A stretch of DNA of 64,000 nt from Candidatus Woesearchaeota archaeon (GCA_016929255.1 JAFGJH010000041.1:4313-68312), one strand, 5' to 3'. Shown: positions 52,491 to 61,482, counted from the stretch's first letter. The notes: generated by a model not told the origin, from the letters alone. Translations and numbers: made by a program.

Positions 52491-53351
52491 CTAAGCCCTC
52501 ATCTTCCTGAGCCGCTTGATCCTCTCATCCATGGGTGGGTGAGTGCTGAAAAGGGAAGTCAGACCCTTTGCAGAGAACGGGTTGGTTATGAACAGCGACG
52601 ATGTGGTCGGGTTCCCGAACCTCAACGGGTTGCTGCGCACGCCCCTCTCCAACTTCTCAAGCGCACTGGCCAATGCAAGCGGGTCATGTGTGGTCTTGGC
52701 ACCGGTCTCATCAGCAAGATATTCCCTTGAGCGGGAGATAGCAAGCTGGATTATGAGCGCGATTATCGGAGCGAGTATTGCAAGCACGAGCCAGCCTAGT
52801 ATTCCTCCGCTGTCACTGTCCCTGTTTCCGCCGAAACCGCCGAAGATGGCAGCCCAGCGTGCCATCATAGCGACGTAAGAGATGACACCAGCGATTGTTG
52901 CGGCAATGGTCTGTATGAGGATGTCACGGTTCTTGATGTGCGCCACCTCGTGAGCTATTACGCCCTTCAGCTCATCCTTGTCAAGCAGGCGCATGATCCC
53001 CTCTGTGCAGGCGACAACAGCATTCTTGGGATTCCGCCCTGTAGCAAAAGCGTTCGGGCTGTCGCTGGGGATGATGTAAACCTTAGGCACGGGAATGTTG
53101 GCGAGCTTCGCCACCTCCCGCACGGTCCTGAAAAGATCAGGGTGCTGGGACTCCTTGGCTTCCTTGGCCCGGTACATGAAAAGCACCAGCTTATGAGAGA
53201 AGAAATAGCTCAAGCCATTCATGAGGAGCACTATGATGAAAGCGATGGTAAGCCCCTGCATTCCGCCGACAAGCTGGCCGACCAGCAGCAGCACGACTGT
53301 CAAAGCAAGCAAAAGCACCAAGGTCTTGAACTGGTTTGCAGCAGCAGACAT
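52491..53351 (-). CDS. htpX: HtpX-like M48 membrane zinc protease
   Basis: 286-aa ORF with TM helices and AHEVAHIKNRD (HExxH). A GGAGG Shine-Dalgarno lies ~6 nt upstream. Confidence 0.88.
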   Translation of the reverse strand: MSAAANQFKTLVLLLALTVVLLLVGQLVGGMQGLTIAFIIVLLMNGLSYFFSHKLVLFMYRAKEAKESQHPDLFRTVREVAKLANIPVPKVYIIPSDSPNAFATGRNPKNAVVACTEGIMRLLDKDELKGVIAHEVAHIKNRDILIQTIAATIAGVISYVAMMARWAAIFGGFGGNRDSDSGGILGWLVLAILAPIIALIIQLAISRSREYLADETGAKTTHDPLALASALEKLERGVRSNPLRFGNPTTSSLFITNPFSAKGLTSLFSTHPPMDERIKRLRKMRA

Positions 53352-53393
53352 GATATCCTCCCCAAAATATGTTTCTTATGTTGTACCAGTTTC

Positions 53394-53439
53394 TTTATAA
53401 GCTTTATGAAACACTTTTTATAAGCTTTGTTAAACACTT
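53394..53439. repeat. tandem 23-bp direct repeat, each copy carrying a TATA-like TTTATAAG
   Basis: TTTATAAGCTTTATGAAACACTT (53394-53416) and TTTATAAGCTTTGTTAAACACTT (53417-53439) match at 21 of 23 positions. They lie 43-88 nt upstream of htpX ATG 53351. Confidence 0.8.
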
Positions 53440-53546
53440 ACACCCTTATCGATAAATAAAGAACGCCTGCGGCGAAATAAACGATACGCAAGGGTTGTCA
53501 GCGGCCTGGTTTGCGTCATTAGAGCCTGACATCGTGGTGTTGCTGT

Positions 53547-53906
53547 CTACAGGTGGCTGAAATATGTCGCAATGCCCTCGATATGGCTGAGGTCAGAGTT
53601 CCTGAAAAGAAATTCGCGGAAGAAACTGTCAACCTTGACGCCGTTCCGTGTGAGATTGGTCTTCAGGCTCGCGTATAACTTCTTGCCCTCCTTGTCAAGG
53701 TCAGTAAGGATGATGGTTTCCCTGACACCTTCCTTCGCAAGATCCTCAGCGACAGCAAAAGCAGCCTTATTCAGGCGGCGTATGCGGCTGCGAGGGAGAC
53801 CAAGCCTGACCAACGCATCGATGTCCTTGATGCCTTCTACTATGATGATCTTATCAGAATCCTTCAGCTTCTGAAGCCAGTCGAGCATTTCCTGTCGGTT
53901 GTCCAT
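53547..53906 (-). CDS. small stand-alone TOPRIM-domain protein
   Basis: KIIIVEGIKDIDAL (conserved Glu) and IILTDLDKEGKKL (DxD). ATG 53906 is preferred because the GTG 53933 extension runs into repeat I. Confidence 0.75.
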   Translation of the reverse strand: MDNRQEMLDWLQKLKDSDKIIIVEGIKDIDALVRLGLPRSRIRRLNKAAFAVAEDLAKEGVRETIILTDLDKEGKKLYASLKTNLTRNGVKVDSFFREFLFRNSDLSHIEGIATYFSHL

Positions 53907-53918
53907 TTTTTGAAACTT

Positions 53919-54026
53919 CCGCACCACTGCCACAGCGCTCGCTCCAATCCATCATCCTCTCCGCCATTCCGCGAGTTGGTCAAGCGCGTATATTTCCGCC
54001 AGCTCGCAAGGCGGTGGCAGCGGCGC
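53919..54026. repeat. GC-rich hairpin-bounded intergenic element (subfamily with 35860 and 46350)
   Basis: The left arm ..CCACTGCCAC.. is complementary to the right arm ..GTGGCAG... Internal 9-bp stem GCGAGTTGG (53971-53979) / CCAGCTCGC (53999-54007). TTCCGCGAGTTGG is shared with 46405-. Confidence 0.75.
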
Positions 54027-54081
54027 TTGAGCAAGTGTATTTTAAAGCAGGCTAAATCTTTTAAACACCAAAGCGATATGT

Positions 54082-54089
54082 TTTAAATA
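54082..54089 (+). promoter_or_regulatory. TATA-like box for the primase gene
   Basis: TTTAAATA lies 24-31 nt upstream of ATG 54113. Confidence 0.45.
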
Positions 54090-54112
54090 GGTTTCTCAAT
54101 TATCCCACAGGC

Positions 54113-55789
54113 ATGGCAGAAAGGATGGATCCAATAACGCTGAGCAGGGTGCTCAGGCACTACAAGCGCATAGAAGTGCAGAACGAGATAGTCAAGGCTG
54201 CGCAGAACAAAGAGGCAGTCGGAAGCTTCGGCGGCAAAGGATACGCCAAAAGGCCTGACGTCCTCATCTATCCGAACGATGTGATGGAACAGGTCAAGAA
54301 CGGCGTCACATCATTCCATGTCTCAGAAGAGCTCTGGTCCAACCCGCAGAGGATAAGCACAGAGATGAAGAAACAGGAGTACGAGGACCTCAGGACAGGA
54401 TGGGACCTTGTCCTGGACATCGACTGCCCGCAATGGGAATTTGCGCGAATAGTCAGCTGGCTGTTCATCAAGGCGCTCAGGGAGCATGACATCGACGCGA
54501 TAACAGCAAAGTTCTCAGGAAACAAGGGTTTCCACATAGCAGTGCCATTCGAGGCATTCCCTGAAAGAGTCCATGACGCGCAGACAAAAGACCTGTTTCC
54601 CGACGGGCCGCGGAAGATAGCAGCATACCTCCTCGACTACATAGGCAAGAAACACGTCAAGGTCAAGGAAGACACGGTTGTCTTCGGCGACAGGTTCAGC
54701 TACACACTCAAGGACCTTAAGGATAAGACGGGCAAGACAACAGAGGAGCTGGTGCAGACGTACTGCACGAACTGCGGAAAGAAGAAAAGCGCAGCAGGAG
54801 GCCGACAGGTGCAGTTCATCTGCCCTCAATGCAACATGACAATCGCAGGCAGAGAGGACGAGCAGTACAAGACCTGCCCAAAGTGCAGGATAATAATGGA
54901 GAAGGAAGTGATAGACACATCAAAGAAATGCTGCCTAAAGCCGAGGATGACGAAAGTCTTCAACCCGTTGTCCATCGTCGAGGTGGACACAGTGCTCATA
55001 GCACCAAGACACCTCTACAGGGCGCCTTATTCTTACCACGAGAAGTCAGGACTAGTATCAGTGCCGATACACCCTGACAGGATACTCGGGTTCGAGAAGA
55101 AAGAGGCAGAGCCGGACAGCATAAAGACCGGAAGACACGCTTTCCTCGAAAGGGAAGGCATCGTCGCCGGCCAGGCAAAGAAACTGCTTGTAGAGGCGTT
55201 CGACCTTGCAGCGCGCAAAGAGCAGAAGATGCGGGAGATAGAGGAAGGGACAAAGATAGAGAGGCACTTGCTCAACAAGGAATTCGAGGAAGTGCAGACA
55301 GCGATACCTGAAAAGTTCTTCCCACCATGCATACAGCAGATATCAAAAGGGCTGACAGACGGAAAGAAACGCGCAGTATTCATACTGACCAACTTCCTGA
55401 CAAGCTGCGGCTGGGACTATGGTGCTGCTGAAGAATGGATGAAGGAGTGGAACCAGCGCAACTCAGAGCCATTGCGGGACCAGTACTACCTCGGCCAGAT
55501 AAGGTACGCAAAGCAGCAGAAGAAAAAGGTCCTTCCTCCGAACTGCGACAATTCAGCATACTACAAGAGCTTCGGCGTGTGCAAGCCAGACAACTTCTGC
55601 AAATACATCAAGAACCCAGCAAACTACGCCATCAAGAGGGCAAGGTATGCCCAGAGAGAGGAAGGGAAGGGGAAGAGGAAGGGAAATAAAGTGGAAGAGA
55701 GATCCGGAAAGCAGGCAAAAGAGCAGGTCATCCAACCTGTTCCTGAACCACCCAAATCTGTCCCCAACAAGCAAAGCCAAAGTTTATAA
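54113..55789 (+). CDS. single-chain archaeo-eukaryotic primase: PriS-like catalytic domain with Zn-ribbon insert fused to a PriL C-terminal (Fe-S) -like domain
   Basis: AEP motifs WDLVLDIDC, SGNKGFHIAVP, RAPYSYHEKSG. Cys pairs C218/C221 and C237/C240, plus C255/C258. C-terminal FFPPCIQQI...C478...C490...C496, resembling the PriL-CTD Cys pattern. Lys-rich tail. Confidence 0.8.
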   Translation: MAERMDPITLSRVLRHYKRIEVQNEIVKAAQNKEAVGSFGGKGYAKRPDVLIYPNDVMEQVKNGVTSFHVSEELWSNPQRISTEMKKQEYEDLRTGWDLVLDIDCPQWEFARIVSWLFIKALREHDIDAITAKFSGNKGFHIAVPFEAFPERVHDAQTKDLFPDGPRKIAAYLLDYIGKKHVKVKEDTVVFGDRFSYTLKDLKDKTGKTTEELVQTYCTNCGKKKSAAGGRQVQFICPQCNMTIAGREDEQYKTCPKCRIIMEKEVIDTSKKCCLKPRMTKVFNPLSIVEVDTVLIAPRHLYRAPYSYHEKSGLVSVPIHPDRILGFEKKEAEPDSIKTGRHAFLEREGIVAGQAKKLLVEAFDLAARKEQKMREIEEGTKIERHLLNKEFEEVQTAIPEKFFPPCIQQISKGLTDGKKRAVFILTNFLTSCGWDYGAAEEWMKEWNQRNSEPLRDQYYLGQIRYAKQQKKKVLPPNCDNSAYYKSFGVCKPDNFCKYIKNPANYAIKRARYAQREEGKGKRKGNKVEERSGKQAKEQVIQPVPEPPKSVPNKQSQSL

Positions 55790-56035
55790 GCAAGCGAAAT
55801 TTCGGTGTGATAGTTCGGAATAAGCGTTTAAACGACTTATTTGATGTTTAAATGCGATATAGGAATAAATGAGCCTGAAAAGATGCTTTTTCAGTACGAG
55901 TTTATTACAATTAAGCTCTAATTCTTGAAAAAGCTTCAAAAATAGGCTTTTACTGCCAAAAAAGCCCTGAAAAGGTCTGGATAGGCCTATTCAACTCAAT
56001 CAGGCTAGTCTATCCTATGCTGTTCAAGGTAAAAA

Positions 56036-57022
56036 ATGCCAAAAGCACACAAATCAAGACACGGAAGCATGCAGGTATGGCCTAGAGTGCGGGCTAAACG
56101 CATCTATCCAAGGATAAAGCACTTCCCGGAAGCGAAAGATGCCAAGCTGCAGGGCTTTGCAGGATACAAGGCAGGCATGACACACATTATAATAACAGAC
56201 GGCAGGAAGAACTCCATGACAAAGGGAGAAGACGTAACAATCCCTGTCACGGTCGTCGAATGCCCTCCGATCAGGATTGCGGGAGTCAGGCTGTACAAAA
56301 GAGGGTACAAGACAATGCAGCCGACACTTGACATCCTCGCAAAGGCGGACAAGGAGATAGCGAGGAAGATAACCGCACCCAAAAAAGAGAGCAAGAAGCT
56401 AGATTCTATCAGACCAGAGGATTACGATGAGCTGAGGATCCTCATCCAGACACAGCCGAAGATGACAGGCATAGGCAACAAGAAGCCAGAGCTCTTCGAG
56501 GTCAACCTCGGCGGCAAGAAAGAGGACAAGATCGCATTCGCAAGAGATAACCTCGGGAAAGAGCTGAGCGTCAAGGACGTGTTCAAGGACGGCCAGTTCA
56601 TCGACATACACGCGATAACAAAAGGAAAAGGATTCCAGGGACCTGTCAAGAGGTTCGGAATAAAAGTAAGGCACCACAAGTCAGAGAAGACCAAGAGAGG
56701 GCCGGGCTCGCTCGGCGGATGGTCAAAGCAGGGCCACGTCATGTACAGGGTCGCTCATGCAGGACAGATGGGATTCCATTCAAGGGTGGACTACAACAAG
56801 CAGATAATGATGATAGGCGACGACCCTGAGCAGGTAAACGTCTCAGGAGGATTCGTCAGGTACGGACAGGTCAAGAGCACATACCTGCTCGTCAAGGGAA
56901 GCATACCCGGACCGTCCAAGAGGGTGCTCAGGCTCCAGAACCCAATAAGGCCGAACAAGAAGGTGGAGCAGGTACCGCAGACAATACAATATGTCAGCAC
57001 AAGGTCCAAACAGGGGAAATAA
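56036..57022 (+). CDS. rpl3: 50S ribosomal protein uL3
   Basis: MPKAHKSRHGSMQVWPRVRAKR..., the FAGYKAGMTH motif, and first position in the conserved archaeal operon. Confidence 0.95.
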   Translation: MPKAHKSRHGSMQVWPRVRAKRIYPRIKHFPEAKDAKLQGFAGYKAGMTHIIITDGRKNSMTKGEDVTIPVTVVECPPIRIAGVRLYKRGYKTMQPTLDILAKADKEIARKITAPKKESKKLDSIRPEDYDELRILIQTQPKMTGIGNKKPELFEVNLGGKKEDKIAFARDNLGKELSVKDVFKDGQFIDIHAITKGKGFQGPVKRFGIKVRHHKSEKTKRGPGSLGGWSKQGHVMYRVAHAGQMGFHSRVDYNKQIMMIGDDPEQVNVSGGFVRYGQVKSTYLLVKGSIPGPSKRVLRLQNPIRPNKKVEQVPQTIQYVSTRSKQGK

Positions 57023-57064
57023 AACACAGCACAACAGACCGCACAATAGACCATACTCATAAAA

Positions 57065-58006
57065 ATGAAACTGAAAATACTCGACGCAAACAACACCGAG
57101 AAAGGAAGCAGGGAGCTTCCGCAGGTCTTCAGCGAACCTGTAAGACCAGATGTCATAAAGAGGGCAGTGGAATCGCTGCAGTCACGCGCAAGGCAGAGAT
57201 ACGGATCAGACCTGATGGCGGGAAAAAAGTCCAGCGCAAAGGTCTCAAGAAGGAGAAGGGACTACAGGGGAAGCTACGGCCACGGAATATCGAGAGTGCC
57301 GAGGAAAGTCATGTCCAGGAATGGAGTCAGGTTCAACTGGGTGGGAGCGTTCGCTCCAGGCACAGTCGGCGGAAGAAGGGCACACCACCCGAAAGCAAGC
57401 AAGATATGGGAGAGGAAGATAAACATAAAGGAAAGGAGAAAGGCAATACGGAGCGCAATAGCCGCGACAGCAGCCAAAGAGCTCGTCACAGGAAGAGGCC
57501 ACATCCCGCCGGACAGATACCCCTTCATAATCAACAGCGAGTTCGAATCACTGTCAAAGACAAAGCAGGTCCTTGAGGCCCTGAAAAAGCTCGGCTTCGG
57601 CAAAGAGCTCGAGAGGGCATCAGAAAGGACATACAAGGCAGGCAAGGCAAGGCTCAGGGGAAGGAAATACAGGAAGAGGAAAGGGCCCCTCTTTGTCGTA
57701 GCAAAGGACTGCCCGCTGCTCAAGGCAGCATCGAACATCAGCGGCGTCGACGCAGTGAGCGTGGAATCGCTCAACGCAGAGCTGCTCGCACCAGGAGCAG
57801 TCCCCGGAAGGCTCACGCTATTCACAGAATCAGCGATAGAAAGGCTGGAGAAAGAGAAGCTCTTCTACGACGTGCCGGCGACAGCGGCACCAAAGAAGGC
57901 AGAGAAGAAAGAAGCGACGAAAGAGGCAAAGAAGGAAGACAAGAAGGAAAGCAACAAGGAAATACCAGCCAGAGCGCCTAAGGCAGCAAAGGCGGCCAAT
58001 AACTGA
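57065..58006 (+). CDS. rpl4: 50S ribosomal protein uL4 with Lys/Glu/Ala-rich C-terminal extension
   Basis: Operon position; [18 protein letters not shown] and GGRRAHHPK motifs. Tail [25 protein letters not shown]... Confidence 0.9.
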   Translation: MKLKILDANNTEKGSRELPQVFSEPVRPDVIKRAVESLQSRARQRYGSDLMAGKKSSAKVSRRRRDYRGSYGHGISRVPRKVMSRNGVRFNWVGAFAPGTVGGRRAHHPKASKIWERKINIKERRKAIRSAIAATAAKELVTGRGHIPPDRYPFIINSEFESLSKTKQVLEALKKLGFGKELERASERTYKAGKARLRGRKYRKRKGPLFVVAKDCPLLKAASNISGVDAVSVESLNAELLAPGAVPGRLTLFTESAIERLEKEKLFYDVPATAAPKKAEKKEATKEAKKEDKKESNKEIPARAPKAAKAANN

Positions 58007-58008
58007 AA

Positions 58009-58269
58009 ATGGAAATAGAGAAAGTCATCAAATACCCGCTGTCGACGGAGAAGTCGATCAGGCTGATGGAGGCCGAGAACAAGCTAGTGTTCGTCGTAGA
58101 CCTCCAGGCAAGGAAGCCTGAGATAAAGAAGGCGATAGAAAAGACATTCAAGGTCAAGGTCCTCAAGGTCACCACGCACATAATGCCATCAGGTCAGAAA
58201 AGGGCGTATGTCAGGCTCTCACCGGAGACGCCGGCCCTTGACGTGGCAACAGACCTCGGACTGATGTAA
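58009..58269 (+). CDS. rpl23: 50S ribosomal protein uL23
   Basis: 86-aa ORF ([25 protein letters not shown]...) at the expected operon position. Confidence 0.9.
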   Translation: MEIEKVIKYPLSTEKSIRLMEAENKLVFVVDLQARKPEIKKAIEKTFKVKVLKVTTHIMPSGQKRAYVRLSPETPALDVATDLGLM

Positions 58270-58282
58270 CAGGATAACCAAA

Positions 58283-58999
58283 ATGGGAAAGAATCTCATA
58301 CAGCAGGCAAGGGGAAAAGGCGGCCCGACATACAGGGCGCCGAGCTTTAGGTACAAGGGATCAGCCAAGCACAACAGGCTCACTGCGGAAGCGGTCCAGG
58401 GAGAGGTGCTTGACCTCATCCACTGCCAAGGCCACTCAGCGCCCCTCGCACAGGTACGCTACACCAACGGCGAGACCTGTCTGGTACTCGCGCCGGAAGG
58501 CATGAAGGTAGGCCAGGCAGTCCGGAGCGGACCGGAGACAGAGATCACCCCTGGAAACACCGCCGAGCTGGTCAACATACCTGAAGGGACGGTCGTGTTC
58601 AACATAGAAGCGATACCCGGAGACGGCGGAAAGTTCGTCAGGGCATCAGGCACATTCGCAAAGGTCATAGGGAGGTTCAAGGACAGCGTCATAGTCCAGC
58701 TTCCGTCAAAGAAAAGGAAATCATTCAACCCGAGATGCAGGGCATCCATAGGCGTCGTCGCAGGCGGCGGAAGGACAGAGAAACCTTTCCTTAGGGCAGG
58801 CACCAAGCACTTCAAGATGAAGGCAAAGAACAAGCTCTGGCCAAAAATAAGCGGATCAGCGCAGAACGCAGTCGACCACCCGTTCGGAAACAAGAGGACG
58901 CTGAGGAAGTCAAAGGCCAGGCCGATAGCAAGGAACGCACCTCCTGGAAGGAAGGTAGGAATGATCGCAGCCAGAAGGACCGGCAGAAGGAAGAGGTAA
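58283..58999 (+). CDS. rpl2: 50S ribosomal protein uL2
   Basis: MGKNLIQQARGKGGPTYRAPS...NAVDHPFGN... and operon position. Confidence 0.95.
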   Translation: MGKNLIQQARGKGGPTYRAPSFRYKGSAKHNRLTAEAVQGEVLDLIHCQGHSAPLAQVRYTNGETCLVLAPEGMKVGQAVRSGPETEITPGNTAELVNIPEGTVVFNIEAIPGDGGKFVRASGTFAKVIGRFKDSVIVQLPSKKRKSFNPRCRASIGVVAGGGRTEKPFLRAGTKHFKMKAKNKLWPKISGSAQNAVDHPFGNKRTLRKSKARPIARNAPPGRKVGMIAARRTGRRKR

Positions 59000-59030
59000 A
59001 AGACAGGCAAAAACAGGATAAGGAGAAAAA

Positions 59031-59414
59031 ATGGCCAAGAAGGAATTCATCTACATGGGAAAAACTCTTGAAGAGCTCCAGACGATGGGCATCAAAGAGC
59101 TGGCCCAGCTACTGCCCTCAAGGATCAGAAGGAAGCTCAACAGAGGGCTGACAGACGCAGAAAAGACATTCCTGAAGAACCTCAAGACAAGCAAGAAGCC
59201 CGTCAAGACCCACTGCAGGTCCATGATAATACTTCCTGAAATGGTAAACAAGACAATAAAGGTCCACTCAGGCAAATCATTCGACGATGTGCTCATACAG
59301 CCAGAGATGATCGGGCACTACCTCGGCGAATTCGCGCTCACAAGGAAGAAGGTCTCCCACTCAGCACCGGGAGTCGGAGCGACCAAGTCATCATCAAACG
59401 TATCAGTCAAATAA
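59031..59414 (+). CDS. rps19: 30S ribosomal protein uS19
   Basis: VHSGKSFDDVLIQPEMIGHYLGEFALTRK motif and operon position. Confidence 0.92.
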   Translation: MAKKEFIYMGKTLEELQTMGIKELAQLLPSRIRRKLNRGLTDAEKTFLKNLKTSKKPVKTHCRSMIILPEMVNKTIKVHSGKSFDDVLIQPEMIGHYLGEFALTRKKVSHSAPGVGATKSSSNVSVK

Positions 59415-59453
59415 AAAACAACTGAATGAATGCAATAAATATGAAAGGATAAA

Positions 59454-60011
59454 ATGGCAGGCTACAACTACGCATTCCAGAACTTCAACAAGGAACTCAT
59501 GGCAAGAGCTGTAGGCAGAGACCTGGGCATAAGCACAAAACAGTCCATAGAGATATGCAACTACCTGCGCCACAGGAAGCTCGACCAGGCCAAGAGGCTG
59601 CTCGAGGAAGTGATAGTCAAGAAGCGCGCAATACCTTTCAAGAGGTTCACGAACGGGCTTGGCCACAGGTCAGGAAAGATTGCCTCAGGAAGATACCCGA
59701 TAAAATCATGCGCCGCAATCCTTAAGCTGCTAGAGTCCGCAGAGGCAAACGCGCAGACAAAAGGGCTCAACACAGGAGAGCTAGAGATAGTCCACATATG
59801 CTCGCACAGGGCGAGCCAACCCGTGCATTACGGAAGGAACTACGGAAGGGAGTTCAAAAAGACCCACGTAGAGGTCGTCGTGCAGGAGACAGTCGCCAAG
59901 AAGAAAGGCGAGAAGCAAGGCAAAGAAGCAGCGCCGCAGAAGGAGCACGCGCCGAAGGAGAAGCCTGCACAAAAAGCCCAAATCAATGAAGGCAAAGAGG
60001 ACAAAAAATGA
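59454..60011 (+). CDS. rpl22: 50S ribosomal protein uL22 with Lys-rich C-terminal extension
   Basis: Operon position; ISTKQSIEICNYLRHRKLDQAKRLLEEV. Its stop overlaps the uS3 start (ATGA at 60008-60011). Confidence 0.9.
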   Translation: MAGYNYAFQNFNKELMARAVGRDLGISTKQSIEICNYLRHRKLDQAKRLLEEVIVKKRAIPFKRFTNGLGHRSGKIASGRYPIKSCAAILKLLESAEANAQTKGLNTGELEIVHICSHRASQPVHYGRNYGREFKKTHVEVVVQETVAKKKGEKQGKEAAPQKEHAPKEKPAQKAQINEGKEDKK

Positions 60012-60976
60012 TCGAAAGACAGATTGTCGCAGCAAACGTCAAGGAGCTTGAGATACAGGAATACGTGACAACAGTCCTCAAGAACCTCGGCCAGAGCCAC
60101 ATAAAGCTGCAGAAGACCCCTCTCGGGGAGAAGATAATAATCCATGCATCAAGGCCAGGACTTATAGTGGGGAGGAAAGGCCAGAACATCAAGAGGCTCA
60201 CCGAAGACCTGAAGGAGAAATTCAAGCTCGAGAACCCGCAGATAGAGATAAACGAAGTGGAATCACCAGACCTTGACGCGCAGATAGTTGCCGAGAGGGT
60301 GGCCAGCTCACTCGAGAAGTTTGGCACGCAGAGGTTCAAGGGCATAGGCCACAAGATAATGGCAGATGTCATGAACGCAGGCGCGATGGGAGTCGAGATA
60401 CTGATATCAGGGAAGATCCCCAGCTCCAGGGCAAAGAGATGGAGGTTCTACCAGGGATACCTCAAGAAGTGCGGCGACATCGCCATAATAGGCGTAAGGA
60501 AAGCATACTCAGCGGCACAGCTCAAGACAGGGACTGTCGGCATACAGGTCAGGATAATGCCGCCCGACCTCAAACTGCCGGACGATGTAGTGCTGTACCA
60601 AGAAGAGCAGCAAGTGACCAAAGAGATGAAGAGCGAGATCAGGAAGAAGGCAGGCAAGGACGATAAGAAAGAGGCAAGCAAAGGGAAGGATGAAGGGAAG
60701 CCTGAGGCAGAGAGGGCAGCAGGCGCCGAAGGAGAAAAGAAGAAACGCACAAGGAAGACCGCCAAGAAGCAAGAGCCCAAGGCCAAGCCCGCTGAAGAGA
60801 AGAAAAGCGCAGAGAACGAGAAAGCTGCGCCCGCCGCATCCCCCGCAGCAGTACCTGCTGAATCACCTGCCGTATCACCTGCCCTGCAGGCCGCGAAAGA
60901 AGAGCCTGAAGAACCGCAGTCCAGCGAGCCGGAAACCGAAGCGCCAAATGGTGAGGGTGCAGGGAGCACGGAGTGA
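60008..60976 (+). CDS. rps3: 30S ribosomal protein uS3 with ~105-aa low-complexity K/E/A/P C-terminal extension
   Basis: KH-domain GRKGQNIKRLTEDL and operon position. The tail starts near aa 215 (KKAGKDDKKEASKGKDEGKPEAE...). Confidence 0.9.
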   Translation: MIERQIVAANVKELEIQEYVTTVLKNLGQSHIKLQKTPLGEKIIIHASRPGLIVGRKGQNIKRLTEDLKEKFKLENPQIEINEVESPDLDAQIVAERVASSLEKFGTQRFKGIGHKIMADVMNAGAMGVEILISGKIPSSRAKRWRFYQGYLKKCGDIAIIGVRKAYSAAQLKTGTVGIQVRIMPPDLKLPDDVVLYQEEQQVTKEMKSEIRKKAGKDDKKEASKGKDEGKPEAERAAGAEGEKKKRTRKTAKKQEPKAKPAEEKKSAENEKAAPAASPAAVPAESPAVSPALQAAKEEPEEPQSSEPETEAPNGEGAGSTE

Positions 60977-60978
60977 AG

Positions 60979-61167
60979 ATGAAGGACCTAGACCCCACCA
61001 AGATGAGCAAAGAGGAGCTCCGGGCCAAGATACTCGAGCTCAGGAAAGAGCTAATCAAGCTTAACGCTCAAACAGCCACGGGTACAGCACCGAAGAACCC
61101 GCGGCAGATCAGAACAACAAAGAAAAACATAGCCAGGCTGATGACAGCCTTGAAAGCAAAGGAGTAA
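60979..61167 (+). CDS. rpl29: 50S ribosomal protein uL29
   Basis: MKDLDPTKMSKEELRAKILELRKELIKLNAQ. ATG 60979 (GTG 60973 in the ORF track overlaps the uS3 stop). Confidence 0.88.
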   Translation: MKDLDPTKMSKEELRAKILELRKELIKLNAQTATGTAPKNPRQIRTTKKNIARLMTALKAKE

Positions 61168-61172
61168 AACAA

Positions 61173-61481
61173 ATGAGTGAGATTTGCTCCACGTGCGGAC
61201 TACCAAAAGAGCTTTGCGTTTGCGAGACAATCGCAAAGGAGAACCAGCTGATCGAAGTGTATGTCGAAAAAAGGAAGTTCGGCAAGCAATACACCGTCGT
61301 GACAGGCATTGACACCAAGGAGATAGACATCGAAAAGCTCGTCAAGAAGCTGAAGAACAAGCTCGCATGCGGCGGGACGGCCAAGGACGGGAAGATCGAG
61401 CTCCAGGGCAGCCACAAGCAGAAGGTCAGGGAAGCTCTCTTGGAAGTGGGGTTCGCACCTGAAACCATAATCGTAAAATAA
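61173..61481 (+). CDS. translation initiation factor aSUI1 (eIF1 homolog)
   Basis: N-terminal CxxC...CxC knuckle (CSTCGLPKELCVC) and SUI1 core (KRKFGKQYTVVTGI...LKNKLACGGT...IELQGSH). Confidence 0.88.
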   Translation: MSEICSTCGLPKELCVCETIAKENQLIEVYVEKRKFGKQYTVVTGIDTKEIDIEKLVKKLKNKLACGGTAKDGKIELQGSHKQKVREALLEVGFAPETIIVK

Positions 61482-61482
61482 C

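Noticed and set aside
55790-56035. tRNA or other small RNA gene in the 247-nt gap before the ribosomal operon. Hairpins are CTGAAAAG-atg-CTTTTTCAG at ~55874-55895 and the palindrome ATAGGCCTAT at ~55983-55992.
   Set aside because: There is no T-loop (GGTTCGAATC-like) or cloverleaf-compatible arrangement here, nor anywhere else in the window by eye. The AT-rich region is more simply the operon promoter and leader. tRNAscan-SE should confirm this.
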